From: Acidimicrobiia bacterium
Lineage (GTDB): Bacteria; Actinomycetota; Acidimicrobiia; IMCC26256; PALSA-610
Length of the DNA stretch: 64,000 bases
Direction: 5' to 3'
Assembly: GCA_036501845.1 (NCBI GenBank)
Contig: DASXZO010000108.1
Location: 14,025 to 78,024, forward strand
Numbering within the stretch: position 1 is the stretch's first letter; each line of letters starts with the position of its first letter. The notes under the pieces were generated by a model that did not search any database, had not been told where the DNA came from, and was given only the letters and a program-made list of their open reading frames with translations. This document shows, piece after piece, positions 43,158 through 52,738 of the stretch. A program made the translations under genes and the position numbers.

Positions 43158-44426
43158 ATGACTGCGACCGAGACCAGCAAGAGCCCCTCGGGGCGCGAGA
43201 CGCAGGCGAGCGGGGGTGCAGCCGATCCCGACCTGGCCTTCGTGACTGCCCGGGTCGACGAGTTGCTCGCCGCCCACGACCCGAAGGCGATGACCGCGTT
43301 CGAGTTCCGCGGCGCGCAATACGACGCCGGGCTGGCCTGGGTTCAGTTCCCCGAGGGCTACGGCGGGCTCGGCCTTCGGCCCGGCGTGCAGCGCGAGATC
43401 GACCGGCGGCTGCGCGAAGCCGGCGGCCCCGGCACCACGGCCGGCCTGTTCTTCGGCCTCTATCTCGTGGCGCCCACGATCGTCACCCACGGCAGCGAGT
43501 GGGCCAAGCAGCGATTCCTGCGTCCGATCTTCACCGGCGAAGAATCGTGGTGCCAGCTGTTCAGCGAGCCCGGCGCCGGCTCCGACCTGGCGTCGCTCGC
43601 CACCCGCGCGGTGCGCGACGGCGAGGAGTGGGTGGTGAACGGCCAGAAGGTGTGGAACACCCTGGCGCACATCGCCGACTTCGGCATGCTCGTGACCCGC
43701 ACCGACCCCGAGGTGCCGAAGCACAAGGGGCTCACGTATTTCGCGGTCGACATGCACCAGCCCGGCGTGGAAGTGCGGCCGCTGCGCCAGATCACCGGCG
43801 AAGCCGAGTTCAACGAGGTGTACCTCACCGACGCGCGCATCCCCGACAGTCATCGCATCGGCGATGTCGGCGACGGCTGGCGAGTGTCGCTCACCACACT
43901 CGCGAACGAGCGCGTCACCATTGGTGGCGGCGGTGGCGGCACCGGTGGCCCGAAGCGGGGTTCCGGCGCGATCGCAGAGGCCGTCCGCATCTGGAACGAC
44001 GAGACCGTCGAGCGCACACCAGAGCGGCGCAGCGTGCTCATGAAGTTGTGGTGCGACTCGGAGGTGCTGCGGCTCACGAACATGCGCGCGTCGGCCGCGG
44101 CGCGCCAGGGCAACCCCGGCCCGGAAGGTTCGATTGCCAAGCTCGCGATCGCGATCAACCAGCAGAAGATCTTCGACCTGTGCATGAACCTGCTCGGCGC
44201 CAACGCGCTCGAAGGCTTCGACTACACGTTCCGCCGGCCCACGCAAGTGATGCTCGAGGGCACACCGGGCCTTGCGCGCCACATGTTCCTGCGCGCGCGG
44301 GCGAACTCCATCGAGGGCGGTACGAGCGAGATCATGCGGAACATCCTCGGCGAGCGCGTGCTCGGCCTGCCCGGCGAACCGCGCGTCGACAAGGCGCTCC
44401 CCTGGAGCCAAGTCCCGAGGTCGTAG
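43158..44426 (+). CDS. Acyl-CoA dehydrogenase (FadE-like), paralog of 5678..6862; start uncertain (43158 or GTG 43242)
   Basis: Has the same blocks as the paralog (CQLFSEPGAGSD, WVVNGQKVWNT, EGGTSEIMRNILGERVLGLP) and an identical C-terminal PWSQVPRS. Alignment to the paralog begins near 43242. Confidence 0.85.
   Translation: MTATETSKSPSGRETQASGGAADPDLAFVTARVDELLAAHDPKAMTAFEFRGAQYDAGLAWVQFPEGYGGLGLRPGVQREIDRRLREAGGPGTTAGLFFGLYLVAPTIVTHGSEWAKQRFLRPIFTGEESWCQLFSEPGAGSDLASLATRAVRDGEEWVVNGQKVWNTLAHIADFGMLVTRTDPEVPKHKGLTYFAVDMHQPGVEVRPLRQITGEAEFNEVYLTDARIPDSHRIGDVGDGWRVSLTTLANERVTIGGGGGGTGGPKRGSGAIAEAVRIWNDETVERTPERRSVLMKLWCDSEVLRLTNMRASAAARQGNPGPEGSIAKLAIAINQQKIFDLCMNLLGANALEGFDYTFRRPTQVMLEGTPGLARHMFLRARANSIEGGTSEIMRNILGERVLGLPGEPRVDKALPWSQVPRS
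43181..43222 (+). repeat. Family R repeat, copy 3 (5' end or leader of the ACAD gene)
   Basis: GAGCCCCTCGGGGCGCGAGACGCAGGCGAGCGGGGGTGCAGC, read directly from the sequence. Confidence 0.8.
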
Positions 44427-44507
44427 GGCCAACCGCCTCACCGGCCGTCGTGGGCTCGACGTAGCCGGCAGCGGTTCCTATGATCCCGCCCGACTGGGAG
44501 GGACGGA

Positions 44508-45815
44508 ATGGGTGGCTTCCGTGGTTGGGTGCTCGCGCCGTGCGCGGCCATCGCCGCACTGATTGTTGCGACTTCTGCGTCGGCGGCGCCGGTGGGCGCT
44601 ACGCCGCCGCCCGCGATGGCAACGATCACGTTGTCGCTCAATCGCACTTCGATCGGCGCTGACGGGCGCGACAGCGCATCGCTCTCGATCGACGCGTCGG
44701 TCGGCGGCGCGCCCGCGAGCGGCGTACGAGCGCGGTTGAGCGCGGCTTGGTCGACACCGCTGAGCTATGGCCACCTCACATTTCGGCCCGCCTCGATCGC
44801 GCTCGACGCGAACGGGCACGGCGCATCCGCAGTGACGTCGACTCGCTCCGGATCGGCGGTGATCACGGTCACGATCGCGACGCGCACGATCGCCGGGACC
44901 GCGTCGATCGACCTCGGCCTCCATCGACGGTCAGTGGTCATCTTCGTCAACGGCGCGTCCACCTCTGTCACGTGCACCAGCCCGGGCAACTGCGCCGACC
45001 TCACCGGTTCCCTCGATCCGATCCGCAGCGCGCTCTCGTCGGAGGGCTACGCGGCCGACGACATGCCGTGGTTCAGCTACAAGGGCGGCAAGATCGACAA
45101 GACGACGCACGCGTGGATCCCCAACGCGTCCACCTGCGCCGACACCGGACAATCGCTGACGAAGAGCACCGGCCTGCTCCGCACGATGGTGCGGAACGTC
45201 GCGTCCGCGACCGCCAACTCCGACATCTCACTGGTCGGCCTCAGCGAAGGTGGCGCGCTCGCATTCCAGATGCTCGCCGCGCAAACGACCCCGCTCGCGA
45301 AGGGCTCGCGCGTCGTGAACGTGATCACCATCGACGGCCCACTGGGCGGGCTCCCCGCCGCCGACATCACGAACCTCGCGCAACAGGCTCCTTCAACCGC
45401 GTGCGCGTTCATTCCGAAACCGACTTCCGCGGCCTCGCAGATGGCCGCGGTTTGGAACATCACGGCGCCGAACCAAGGCCCGCAGCAAGGCGATGACGCG
45501 ACGGTGCTCTGCAACGTCATCCACTTCTCGGGGTGCACGACGGCGGAGACCAACGCGCAACTCGTCGCCAGCCGACCCGACGTCAACGTCGAGACCTGGG
45601 GCAGCAGCCAAGACGGCGTGTTCAACCCCGCGCAGTGCGCCATCCCTGGCTCCTGGGCCGATGCCACGCCGAGCCAGGTCGTCGCCGGTGCTGGTGGCGG
45701 CATGCACGCCGAAGGGGTCGCCCCCGTCTTGAATTGCACGATCGGGAGCCACCTCGCCGGCGTGTTCAATCACGCGACCGACATCGCCACCACGATCGGC
45801 GCACAACAGCAATAG
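44508..45815 (+). CDS. Secreted protein: Big_1-like Ig domain plus alpha/beta-hydrolase (lipase/esterase) domain
   Basis: 435 aa with a signal peptide (..ATSASAAP). The Ig-like segment is ITLSLNRTSIGADGRDSASLSI..AVITVTI. The hydrolase nucleophile elbow is LVGLSEGG. Confidence 0.65.
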   Translation: MGGFRGWVLAPCAAIAALIVATSASAAPVGATPPPAMATITLSLNRTSIGADGRDSASLSIDASVGGAPASGVRARLSAAWSTPLSYGHLTFRPASIALDANGHGASAVTSTRSGSAVITVTIATRTIAGTASIDLGLHRRSVVIFVNGASTSVTCTSPGNCADLTGSLDPIRSALSSEGYAADDMPWFSYKGGKIDKTTHAWIPNASTCADTGQSLTKSTGLLRTMVRNVASATANSDISLVGLSEGGALAFQMLAAQTTPLAKGSRVVNVITIDGPLGGLPAADITNLAQQAPSTACAFIPKPTSAASQMAAVWNITAPNQGPQQGDDATVLCNVIHFSGCTTAETNAQLVASRPDVNVETWGSSQDGVFNPAQCAIPGSWADATPSQVVAGAGGGMHAEGVAPVLNCTIGSHLAGVFNHATDIATTIGAQQQ

Positions 45816-45827
45816 TCCGCCCCGCCC

Positions 45828-46562
45828 TCAGTCGAAGGTGACGCGGCCGCCGATTGGCACGATGCCGGGCTGAACAACTGTGCAGTACACGCCGACGTGG
45901 TTCGCGTGGGCCGCGTCCATCGCGTGGAACATCTCGGCCTGGCGTTCCAACCCGCCGGGCTGGGCCCGCAACGGCATCGCGCAGCGCACGGTCTCCTGAT
46001 CCACTCGCACACGAGCTTCACCCACCGCGATCTCGCGGCCCACCCACGACGCCTCGACGAACGGTTCGCTCTCGGGATCGGTCTCGACCACGATGTTCGG
46101 GCGGAAGCGGCGCACGTCCCAGTCGAGGTCGGGTCGCGCCGACGCAAGGTGCGCGAGCGTCGACGACGCCACGATGTGCACATCGGCGAGGTCGACGAAG
46201 CGCCCCGGAGGCGCGGGGATCGCGTAGTACTCGGCGTCATCGTTCGGCGGTTCGAACGTCATCTCGTACTCCACCTGCGCGTCGGCGTCGATCTCGGCGC
46301 GATGCACCGCGGTGTGCAGCCACTCGGAGAACTCGCTGTCGTCCGTGAGCACCGTGCCGTCGTCGAGCGCGAGCGCGCCGTCGTCACGGCCGGTCGCGAG
46401 CAGGAGCTTCGAATAGCGCTTGGCCGAGCACAGCCGACCGCCCGCGTCGATGAGCGCCCAATGGCGGTCGCCCACCACACCGCCGCTCGCGAGCTCGAGC
46501 GACGCCGCCGGCGCGCCTTGCGCCGACTTGAACGGATACCGCCAGAGCTGCGAGACCTGCAC
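45828..46562 (-). CDS. MOSC domain protein (with N-terminal beta-barrel)
   Basis: 244 aa. Contains LWRYPFKSAQG, GDRHWAL, RFRPNIVV and the conserved Cys block VRCAMP. Confidence 0.8.
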   Translation of the reverse strand: MQVSQLWRYPFKSAQGAPAASLELASGGVVGDRHWALIDAGGRLCSAKRYSKLLLATGRDDGALALDDGTVLTDDSEFSEWLHTAVHRAEIDADAQVEYEMTFEPPNDDAEYYAIPAPPGRFVDLADVHIVASSTLAHLASARPDLDWDVRRFRPNIVVETDPESEPFVEASWVGREIAVGEARVRVDQETVRCAMPLRAQPGGLERQAEMFHAMDAAHANHVGVYCTVVQPGIVPIGGRVTFD

Positions 46563-46574
46563 GACGCCAGTGTG

Positions 46575-47603
46575 TCAGCCGCCGCTGGCGTCCTGCACGC
46601 GCTGCTTGCCGGCCGAGATCCACGGCATCATCGCCCGCAGTTCGGCACCGACCGCCTCGATCTGCAGCTTCTTGGTGTCGTCGCGGTAGCGGTTGAAGTT
46701 GGGACGGCCGTTGTCGTTCTCGGCGATCCACTCCCGCGCGAACTCGCCGCTCTGGATCTCGCCGAGGATCTTCTTCATCTCGGCGCGCGTCGTGTCGGTG
46801 ATCACGCGAGGGCCCCGCGTGTAGTCGCCGTACTCGGCAGTGTCGGAGATCGAGTAGTGCATGGCACCGATGCCGCCTTCGTAGATGAGGTCGACGATCA
46901 GCTTCACCTCGTGCAACGTCTCGAAATAGGCCGACTCGGGCTGGTAGCCCGCCTCGACGAGCGTCTGGAAACCGCCCTTGATGAGCTCGACGAGACCACC
47001 GCAGAGCACCACCTGCTCACCGAACAGGTCGGTCTCGGTCTCCTCCTTGAACGTGGTGTCGAGCACACCCGCTCGCGTGCCGCCGATGCCCTGCGCGTAC
47101 GCGAGCGCGGTCTGCTTCGCCTTGCCGGTGGCGTCCTGCGCAACCGCCACGAGGCACGGCACGCCGCCGCCCTCTTCGTAGGTGCGGCGCACGAGGTGTC
47201 CCGGACCCTTCGGCGCGATCATCCACACGTCGACGCCTTCGGGGACTTCGATCAGCTTGAAGTGGATGTTCAAACCGTGCGCGAAGGCGATGGCGTTGCC
47301 GGGCTGCAGGTTCGGCGCGATGTCCTCGGCGTACACGTGGCGCTGCTCGGTGTCGGGCAACAGCACCATCACGATGTCGGCCTCGGCGACGGCCTGCGCG
47401 GTGGGCAGCACCTTCAAGCCCGCGGCCTCCGCCTTCGCCTTCGATCCCGAGCCCTCGCGCAGCCCGACGCGCACATCGACGCCCGACTCCTTGAGGTTCA
47501 GCGCGTGGGCGTGGCCCTGGCTGCCGTAGCCAAGGATCGCGACCTTCTTCGCCGCGAGCAGCGACGAATCAGCGTCCTTGTCGTAATAGACGGTTGCGGG
47601 CAT
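46575..47603 (-). CDS. ilvC: Ketol-acid reductoisomerase
   Basis: 342 aa. Contains [29 protein letters not shown] and LFGEQ..LCGG. Confidence 0.95.
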   Translation of the reverse strand: MPATVYYDKDADSSLLAAKKVAILGYGSQGHAHALNLKESGVDVRVGLREGSGSKAKAEAAGLKVLPTAQAVAEADIVMVLLPDTEQRHVYAEDIAPNLQPGNAIAFAHGLNIHFKLIEVPEGVDVWMIAPKGPGHLVRRTYEEGGGVPCLVAVAQDATGKAKQTALAYAQGIGGTRAGVLDTTFKEETETDLFGEQVVLCGGLVELIKGGFQTLVEAGYQPESAYFETLHEVKLIVDLIYEGGIGAMHYSISDTAEYGDYTRGPRVITDTTRAEMKKILGEIQSGEFAREWIAENDNGRPNFNRYRDDTKKLQIEAVGAELRAMMPWISAGKQRVQDASGG

Positions 47604-47644
47604 CGAACGTCTCCCTGGGATCGACCGGTTGGCAATTATCGCCG

Positions 47645-48178
47645 CTAGGCGCGGGCGGTGCGCACGGCCCGCAGCTTCACGGGCGCGCGGGCGAGTTTCG
47701 GCATGGCGATGCGGCCGGTGCGTTGCTGTTCGACGATGCCGAACGGGCGCAGCAGGTCGCTGAAGGCGTCGAGTTTGTCGGGGTCGCCCGACACCATGAT
47801 CGTGAGCGCCTCGTAACCGACGTCGACGATCTTGGCCTCGAAGATCGCGGTGAGGTCGGTGAGCTGCGAGCGCACCTCGGGCGACGCCTTCACCGTCACG
47901 AGCATCATCTCGCGCTCGACTCCCGCGTCGTGCGCGATCTCGCTGATCTTGATCACCGGGATCAGCTTGTTGAGCTGCTTGACGATCTGCTCGAGCGGAC
48001 TCTCGTCGGCGTCGACCACGATCGTCATGCGGCTGAAGCGTTCTTCTTCGGTGGGGCTCACCGCGAGCGACACGATGTTGAAGCCGCGTCGCGAGAACAA
48101 GGCTGCGACGCGTGTGAGTACGCCCGCCTTGTTCTCGACGAGCACCGACAGAATGTGGTGACGCGCATTGAAGCCCAT
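47645..48178 (-). CDS. ilvN: Acetolactate synthase small (regulatory) subunit
   Basis: 177 aa with the ACT domain [30 protein letters not shown]. It starts 1 nt after the ilvB stop. Confidence 0.9.
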   Translation of the reverse strand: MGFNARHHILSVLVENKAGVLTRVAALFSRRGFNIVSLAVSPTEEERFSRMTIVVDADESPLEQIVKQLNKLIPVIKISEIAHDAGVEREMMLVTVKASPEVRSQLTDLTAIFEAKIVDVGYEALTIMVSGDPDKLDAFSDLLRPFGIVEQQRTGRIAMPKLARAPVKLRAVRTARA

Positions 48179-48179
48179 A

Positions 48180-49907
48180 TCAGTCGCGGCCGCCGGGGCG
48201 GTCCATCGCCGGGTCGAGGATGACGTCGTCGTTCGACGTACCGGCCGCCACCATCGGATACACCTTCTCGCGATAGTCGGTGCGGAAGTCGATCACCACA
48301 GGGCGGTCGTCGATCTCGTTCGCCTTCTCGATCGTGGGCACCACGTCGTCGGCGTTGTCGACGCGCATGCCGACGCAACCCATCGCCTCGGCCCACTTGA
48401 CGTAGTCGGGCAGGTCGGGCGACAGGTACACCTCGCTGTAGCGCTCTTGATAGAAGAGCTCCTGCCACTGGCGCACCATTCCGAGGTACGCGTTGTTGAG
48501 GATCGCGACCTTGATGGGGATGCGCTCTGCGGTTGCAGTCACGAGTTCCTGCGCGGTCATCTGGAAGCAGCCGTCACCGTCAACGGCCCACACCATGCGG
48601 TCGGGTCGACCGACCTTGGCGCCGATTGCCGCCGGCACCGAATAGCCCATGGTGCCGAGACCGCCGGAGTTGACCCATGTGTAGGGGTGGTGGAACTTCC
48701 AGTGCTGGCTCGCCCACATCTGGTGCTGACCCACGCCCGACGCAAGAATGCAGTCGTCGGGTGTGTTCTCGCGCAGCTTCTCGATCACGTACTGCGGCTT
48801 CAGCGGCCCGCCTTCGAGCTGTTCGAAGTGCAGCGGGTACTGCTCCTGCCACTGGCGGATCTGGGTGATCCACTCGGACGTGTCGGGCGCGTCGTGCTTG
48901 GACTGTTCGGCGCGCACCGCCTTCACCAGCTCTTCGATCACGAGACGGCAGTCGCCCACGATCGGCACGTCGGGGCGGCGCACCTTGCCCTGCTCGGCCG
49001 GGTCGATGTCGACGTGGATGATCTTGGCGTCGGGCGCGAACGCGCCCACCTTGCCGGTGACGCGGTCGTCGAAGCGAGCGCCGAGCGTGATCAGAAGATC
49101 GGCTTTCTGCATCGACGTGATCGCGGTGTAGTTGCCGTGCATACCCGGCATGCCGAGGCACAGCGGGTGCTCGTCGGGGAACGCGCCGCGCGCCATCAGC
49201 GTGGTCACGACCGGCGCGCCGGTGAGCTCCACGAACGCGCGCAACGCCTCAGCGGCACGCGCCTTCAAGATGCCGCCGCCCGCATAGATCACCGGGCGCT
49301 TCGCCTGGTTGATCAGCCGCGCGGCGTCCTTGATCTGCTTCGGGTGGCCCTTGATTGTGGGCTTGTAACCCGGCAGATCCACCGACTCCGGCCAGTACCA
49401 GTCCATGGTCTGGTTGGCGATGTCCTTCGGGAAGTCGACGAGCACCGGACCAGGACGGCCGGTCGTGGCCACGTGAAACGCCTCACGGATGATCTCCGGC
49501 GTGTCGCGCGCGTCGGTGACGAGCCAGTTGTGCTTCGTGACCGGCATCGTGATGCCCACGGTGTCGCACTCCTGGAACGCGTCCGTGCCGATCACCGAAT
49601 AGGCGACCTGCCCCGTGATCACCACCATGGGAATGCTGTCCATGTAGGCGTCGGCAAGCGGGGTGACGATGTTCGTCGCCGCGGGACCACTCGTCACCAT
49701 GGCGACGCCCGGACGACCGGTGGCGTGCGCGTAACCGCTCGCCATGTGACCCGCGCCCTGTTCGTGGCGCACGAGGATGTGGCGGATCGAGCTGTCGATC
49801 AGCGGGTCGTACACGGGGAGAATCGCGCCACCGGGGAGGCCGAACATGACCTCGGTGCCTTCCATCTCCAGGCTCTTGATCAGTGCTTGAGCCCCAGTGA
49901 GCTTCAT
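48180..49907 (-). CDS. ilvB: Acetolactate synthase large (catalytic) subunit
   Basis: 575 aa. Contains [37 protein letters not shown] and the ThDP motif DGDGCFQMT...NNAYLGMV. The SD GGAGGA lies 5 nt upstream of the start. Confidence 0.95.
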   Translation of the reverse strand: MKLTGAQALIKSLEMEGTEVMFGLPGGAILPVYDPLIDSSIRHILVRHEQGAGHMASGYAHATGRPGVAMVTSGPAATNIVTPLADAYMDSIPMVVITGQVAYSVIGTDAFQECDTVGITMPVTKHNWLVTDARDTPEIIREAFHVATTGRPGPVLVDFPKDIANQTMDWYWPESVDLPGYKPTIKGHPKQIKDAARLINQAKRPVIYAGGGILKARAAEALRAFVELTGAPVVTTLMARGAFPDEHPLCLGMPGMHGNYTAITSMQKADLLITLGARFDDRVTGKVGAFAPDAKIIHVDIDPAEQGKVRRPDVPIVGDCRLVIEELVKAVRAEQSKHDAPDTSEWITQIRQWQEQYPLHFEQLEGGPLKPQYVIEKLRENTPDDCILASGVGQHQMWASQHWKFHHPYTWVNSGGLGTMGYSVPAAIGAKVGRPDRMVWAVDGDGCFQMTAQELVTATAERIPIKVAILNNAYLGMVRQWQELFYQERYSEVYLSPDLPDYVKWAEAMGCVGMRVDNADDVVPTIEKANEIDDRPVVIDFRTDYREKVYPMVAAGTSNDDVILDPAMDRPGGRD

Positions 49908-49937
49908 GTTGTCCTCCGGTCGGGCCGGTGTTCGGGC

Positions 49938-49966
49938 AAAGAAAAACCCCTCCGGTTGCGGAGGGG
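49938..49966 (-). terminator. Intrinsic terminator (attenuator) in the ilvB leader
   Basis: RNA sense is CCCCUCCG-CAAC-CGGAGGGG followed by UUUUUCUUUG. It lies 31 nt upstream of the ilvB ATG. Confidence 0.8.
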
Positions 49967-49970
49967 CGAG

Positions 49971-50001
49971 GGCGCACGGAAACGCGTTGAAGCCGTGCGC
50001 C
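49971..50001 (-). promoter_or_regulatory. Leader hairpin GGCGCACGG-N13-CCGUGCGCC directly after the leader-peptide stop
   Basis: A 9-bp perfect stem read directly from the sequence. It begins at the last base of the UAG stop codon and ends 5 nt before the terminator stem. Confidence 0.65.
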
Positions 50002-50060
50002 TACGTGATTACTACGAGGAGGTCGGCGGCACGGAACATTGGATCTGGACAATAGCACAT
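50001..50060 (-). CDS. ilvB leader peptide MCYCPDPMFRAADLLVVIT (or 12-aa form MFRAADLLVVIT from the ATG at 50039)
   Basis: My own translation. It has five consecutive Leu/Val/Ile codons (CUC CUC GUA GUA AUC) just before the stop, followed by a hairpin plus terminator. This is the arrangement known for branched-chain amino acid attenuators. Confidence 0.6.
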   Translation of the reverse strand: MCYCPDPMFRAADLLVVIT

Positions 50061-50062
50061 TG

Positions 50063-50845
50063 TTACGTTTGGTGGATCGGGCAGGAATAGGTGGTGCGGC
50101 CGCCGACGGTGCGGCGCAGGAGTTCGGCGCCGTCGCGCGGACAGTGGCCGTTGGGTCCTCGCTCATCGTGGAGGTCGCCGGTGTGCGAGCCGCCGCGCCG
50201 CGTACATACGCGCACGGTCGTGCGGATCGCCCGGTGCAGCACGGCGCGCTCGTCGTGGTCGAGCAGCAGTGCGGCCCGGGCCGGGTCGACGCCCGCACGC
50301 CAGAGCGCCTCGTCGGTGAGCAGGTTGCCGAGCCCGGCGATGCGGCCCTGGTCCATGAGCACCGCCTTCACCGGCGCGCGCGACGAGCCGAGAGCGGCCA
50401 CGAGCTGCGCGCGGGTGAGCGACATCACGTCGGGACCGAGGCGACTCTCGTCGGGATCGAGCTCGGCCGCGCCGAGACGCCGCGGGTCGCGCAGCCAGAG
50501 CGAACCGCCGTCGGCGAAGCGCAGCCCGAAGCGACGCCACTTCGGCACGTCGCGGTTGCTCGCGTAGAGCAACGGGTCGCCGGCCTCCACGCCGTCGACG
50601 ATCACGCGGCCGCTCATCCCGAGGTGCAGACCAAGCGTGCCCGCAGTGGTATCGACCAACAGCTGCTTCCCGATCCGGCGAGCGGCTGTGATCTGCGCGC
50701 CCTTCAACACCCCGGCGAGCTGTGCCTTGGTGGTGCCGCGCTTCAGATACCACGCATCGTTGGCCACCACGCCGGCGATCGTGCGCCCCACCGCGTGCTC
50801 GTCGATCACCACACGCGCCGCCTCCACCTCGATGCACTCAGGCAT
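50063..50845 (-). CDS. Fpg/Nei-family DNA glycosylase/AP lyase
   Basis: 260 aa. N-terminal MPE (Pro2, Glu3), Lys block RRIGKQLL and H2TH (LMDQGRIAGLGNLLTDEALW). The C-terminal finger reads HCPRDG..N16..SCPIHQ instead of CxxC..CxxC. Confidence 0.8.
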   Translation of the reverse strand: MPECIEVEAARVVIDEHAVGRTIAGVVANDAWYLKRGTTKAQLAGVLKGAQITAARRIGKQLLVDTTAGTLGLHLGMSGRVIVDGVEAGDPLLYASNRDVPKWRRFGLRFADGGSLWLRDPRRLGAAELDPDESRLGPDVMSLTRAQLVAALGSSRAPVKAVLMDQGRIAGLGNLLTDEALWRAGVDPARAALLLDHDERAVLHRAIRTTVRVCTRRGGSHTGDLHDERGPNGHCPRDGAELLRRTVGGRTTYSCPIHQT

Positions 50846-50941
50846 CTCCTACCTCTTGTTCGCTTCGCTCACGAGCCGGTGGGCTTTCCCTCGCTCCGGC
50901 TTCGCCGCCCCAATGACACTGGCTCGCGGTCGCTCGGCTGG
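50846..50941 (-). promoter_or_regulatory. Family B conserved leader element, copy B (upstream of fpg/nei)
   Basis: RNA sense is CCAGCCGAGCGACCGC, then a 27-nt variable part, then ..GGAGCGAGGGAAAGCCCACCGGCTCGTGAGCGAAGCGAACAAGAGGTAGGAG-ATG. Confidence 0.7.
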
Positions 50942-50968
50942 CGTCCAAGATATGGGTAGCGTCGAATC

Positions 50969-52666
50969 GTGGCTGGTACAGCGATCGCGTTCGACCATCT
51001 CTATACGTACGACGAGCTGACGGGCGCATTGCGGGCGCTCGCCGATGCGCACCCGACGTTGATGACGCTCGAGAGTGTCGGCACGTCGTATGAAGGCCGC
51101 GACCTCTGGCTCGCGACGATCACGAACCAGGCGACCGGGCCGCACCACGAGAAGCCCGCGGTGTGGGTCGACGCCAACATCCACTCCGTGGAGCACACGG
51201 GGTGCGTGGCCGCGCTCTACCTCGTGCACAAGCTCGTCACCACGCACGGCGCCGACGAGCAGGTCACCCGCGCCGTCGACACGCGCACCTTCTACGTGAT
51301 GCCGCGCGTGAATCCCGACGGAGCCGAGCTCGCACTTGCGACACCACCCACCTATCTGCGCAGTTCGGTGCGCACGTGGCCGCGCGTCGACGAGGCCCCC
51401 GGGCTGGTGGGGGGCGACGTCGACGGCGACGGGCGAGTCCTCACGATGCGCGTGCCCGACCCGAACGGTGCGTGGAAGATCAGCGCCGACGACGCGCGGC
51501 TCATGGTGGCGCGCGCTCCCGATGAGCACGGTGCTGGCCCCTACTTCCGGCTGCTCTACGAAGGCACGATCCGCGACTACGACGGCGCGACCATCCCGAT
51601 CGCGCCCGAGCGGCGCAGTCTCGACCTCAACCGCCAGTTCCCCGCGGGGTGGCGCGTGCATGGCGAGCAACAGGGTGCCGGTGCCTTCCCGTTGTCGGAG
51701 CCCGAGACACGCGCGCTCGCCGACGCGCTCGTGGCGCGACCGAACGTGTGCTGCTACTTCGCGCACCACACGTTCAGCGCGGCGTTGCTGCGCCCGTACG
51801 ACGACCGTCCCGACGACGAAATGCCCACTGCCGACCTGCGCCGTTACAAGCAGCTCGGCGCGCGCGGCACCGAGCTCACCGGCTACCGGCACGTGAGCGT
51901 GTACCACGACTTCCGTTACGACCCGAAGGACGTGATCACCGGCGGCGCCGACACGTGGGCGTATGACCATCTCGGCGCGTACGGATGGACCACCGAGTTC
52001 TGGAGTCCGATCCCGCGCGCCGGCATCACCGAGTACCACCTTGTCGAGTGGTTCGACGCCCATCCGATCGCCGACGACATCGCGCTGCTCCGTTACAGCG
52101 ACACCGAGCTCGGCGGTCGCGGCTTCGTCGACTGGTACCCGTTCGAGCATCCGCAACTCGGAACGATCGAGCTCGGCGGTTGGGATTCGTTCCGGTTCTG
52201 GGAAAACCCGCCCGACGAGTTGCTCGAGCGCGAGGTCGCGCCTCACGCCGACTGGGAGATCTTCTGCGCGCTCGCGACGCCGTCGTTGCGAACGCGCGAC
52301 GTGCTCGTCGAGTCGATCGGTGCAGACGTGTGGCGGGTGCGGCTTGTCGTCGAGAACGACGGGTGGATGCCCACGAACGTCACGCAGCGCGCGGTGGAAC
52401 GCAAGATCGCCCAGCCGGTGCTGGCCACGATCGAGCTCCCCGACGACGCTTCACTCGTGCGGGGCGCGGCAGTGGTGGAGCTCGGCCAGCTCGAGGGACG
52501 CTCGTTCGTGACGACGATGGTGGGAGACTTCGGCTCGCATTCGGACACCACGCCGGACCGTGCGGTTGCCGAGTGGCTCGTCACCGCGCAACGTGGCACC
52601 ACCGTGACGTGCGTTGCCGCGCACGCCCGCAGCGGCATGGTGCGCGAAGCGGTTACCTTGCAGTAG
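50969..52666 (+). CDS. M14-family zinc carboxypeptidase
   Basis: 565 aa with a GTG start; TAGCGT lies 6 nt upstream. Contains the Zn motif NIHSVEH (HxxE), YEGRDLW and MPRVNPDG. Confidence 0.8.
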   Translation: MAGTAIAFDHLYTYDELTGALRALADAHPTLMTLESVGTSYEGRDLWLATITNQATGPHHEKPAVWVDANIHSVEHTGCVAALYLVHKLVTTHGADEQVTRAVDTRTFYVMPRVNPDGAELALATPPTYLRSSVRTWPRVDEAPGLVGGDVDGDGRVLTMRVPDPNGAWKISADDARLMVARAPDEHGAGPYFRLLYEGTIRDYDGATIPIAPERRSLDLNRQFPAGWRVHGEQQGAGAFPLSEPETRALADALVARPNVCCYFAHHTFSAALLRPYDDRPDDEMPTADLRRYKQLGARGTELTGYRHVSVYHDFRYDPKDVITGGADTWAYDHLGAYGWTTEFWSPIPRAGITEYHLVEWFDAHPIADDIALLRYSDTELGGRGFVDWYPFEHPQLGTIELGGWDSFRFWENPPDELLEREVAPHADWEIFCALATPSLRTRDVLVESIGADVWRVRLVVENDGWMPTNVTQRAVERKIAQPVLATIELPDDASLVRGAAVVELGQLEGRSFVTTMVGDFGSHSDTTPDRAVAEWLVTAQRGTTVTCVAAHARSGMVREAVTLQ

Positions 52667-52738
52667 TCGAGTTGCCGGCACTCGGCGCGTTCCGGAACAA
52701 GTTTGGGGTACCCGACATGGCGGTAGGGTGAGTTTCCC

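Noticed and set aside
43098-44441. N-terminal 447 aa of the 640-aa minus-strand ORF that ends as the sigma factor
   Set aside because: This part is antisense to the ACAD gene. Sigma-70 regions 2 and 4 are fully contained in the last 192 codons, which start at an in-frame ATG (43097).
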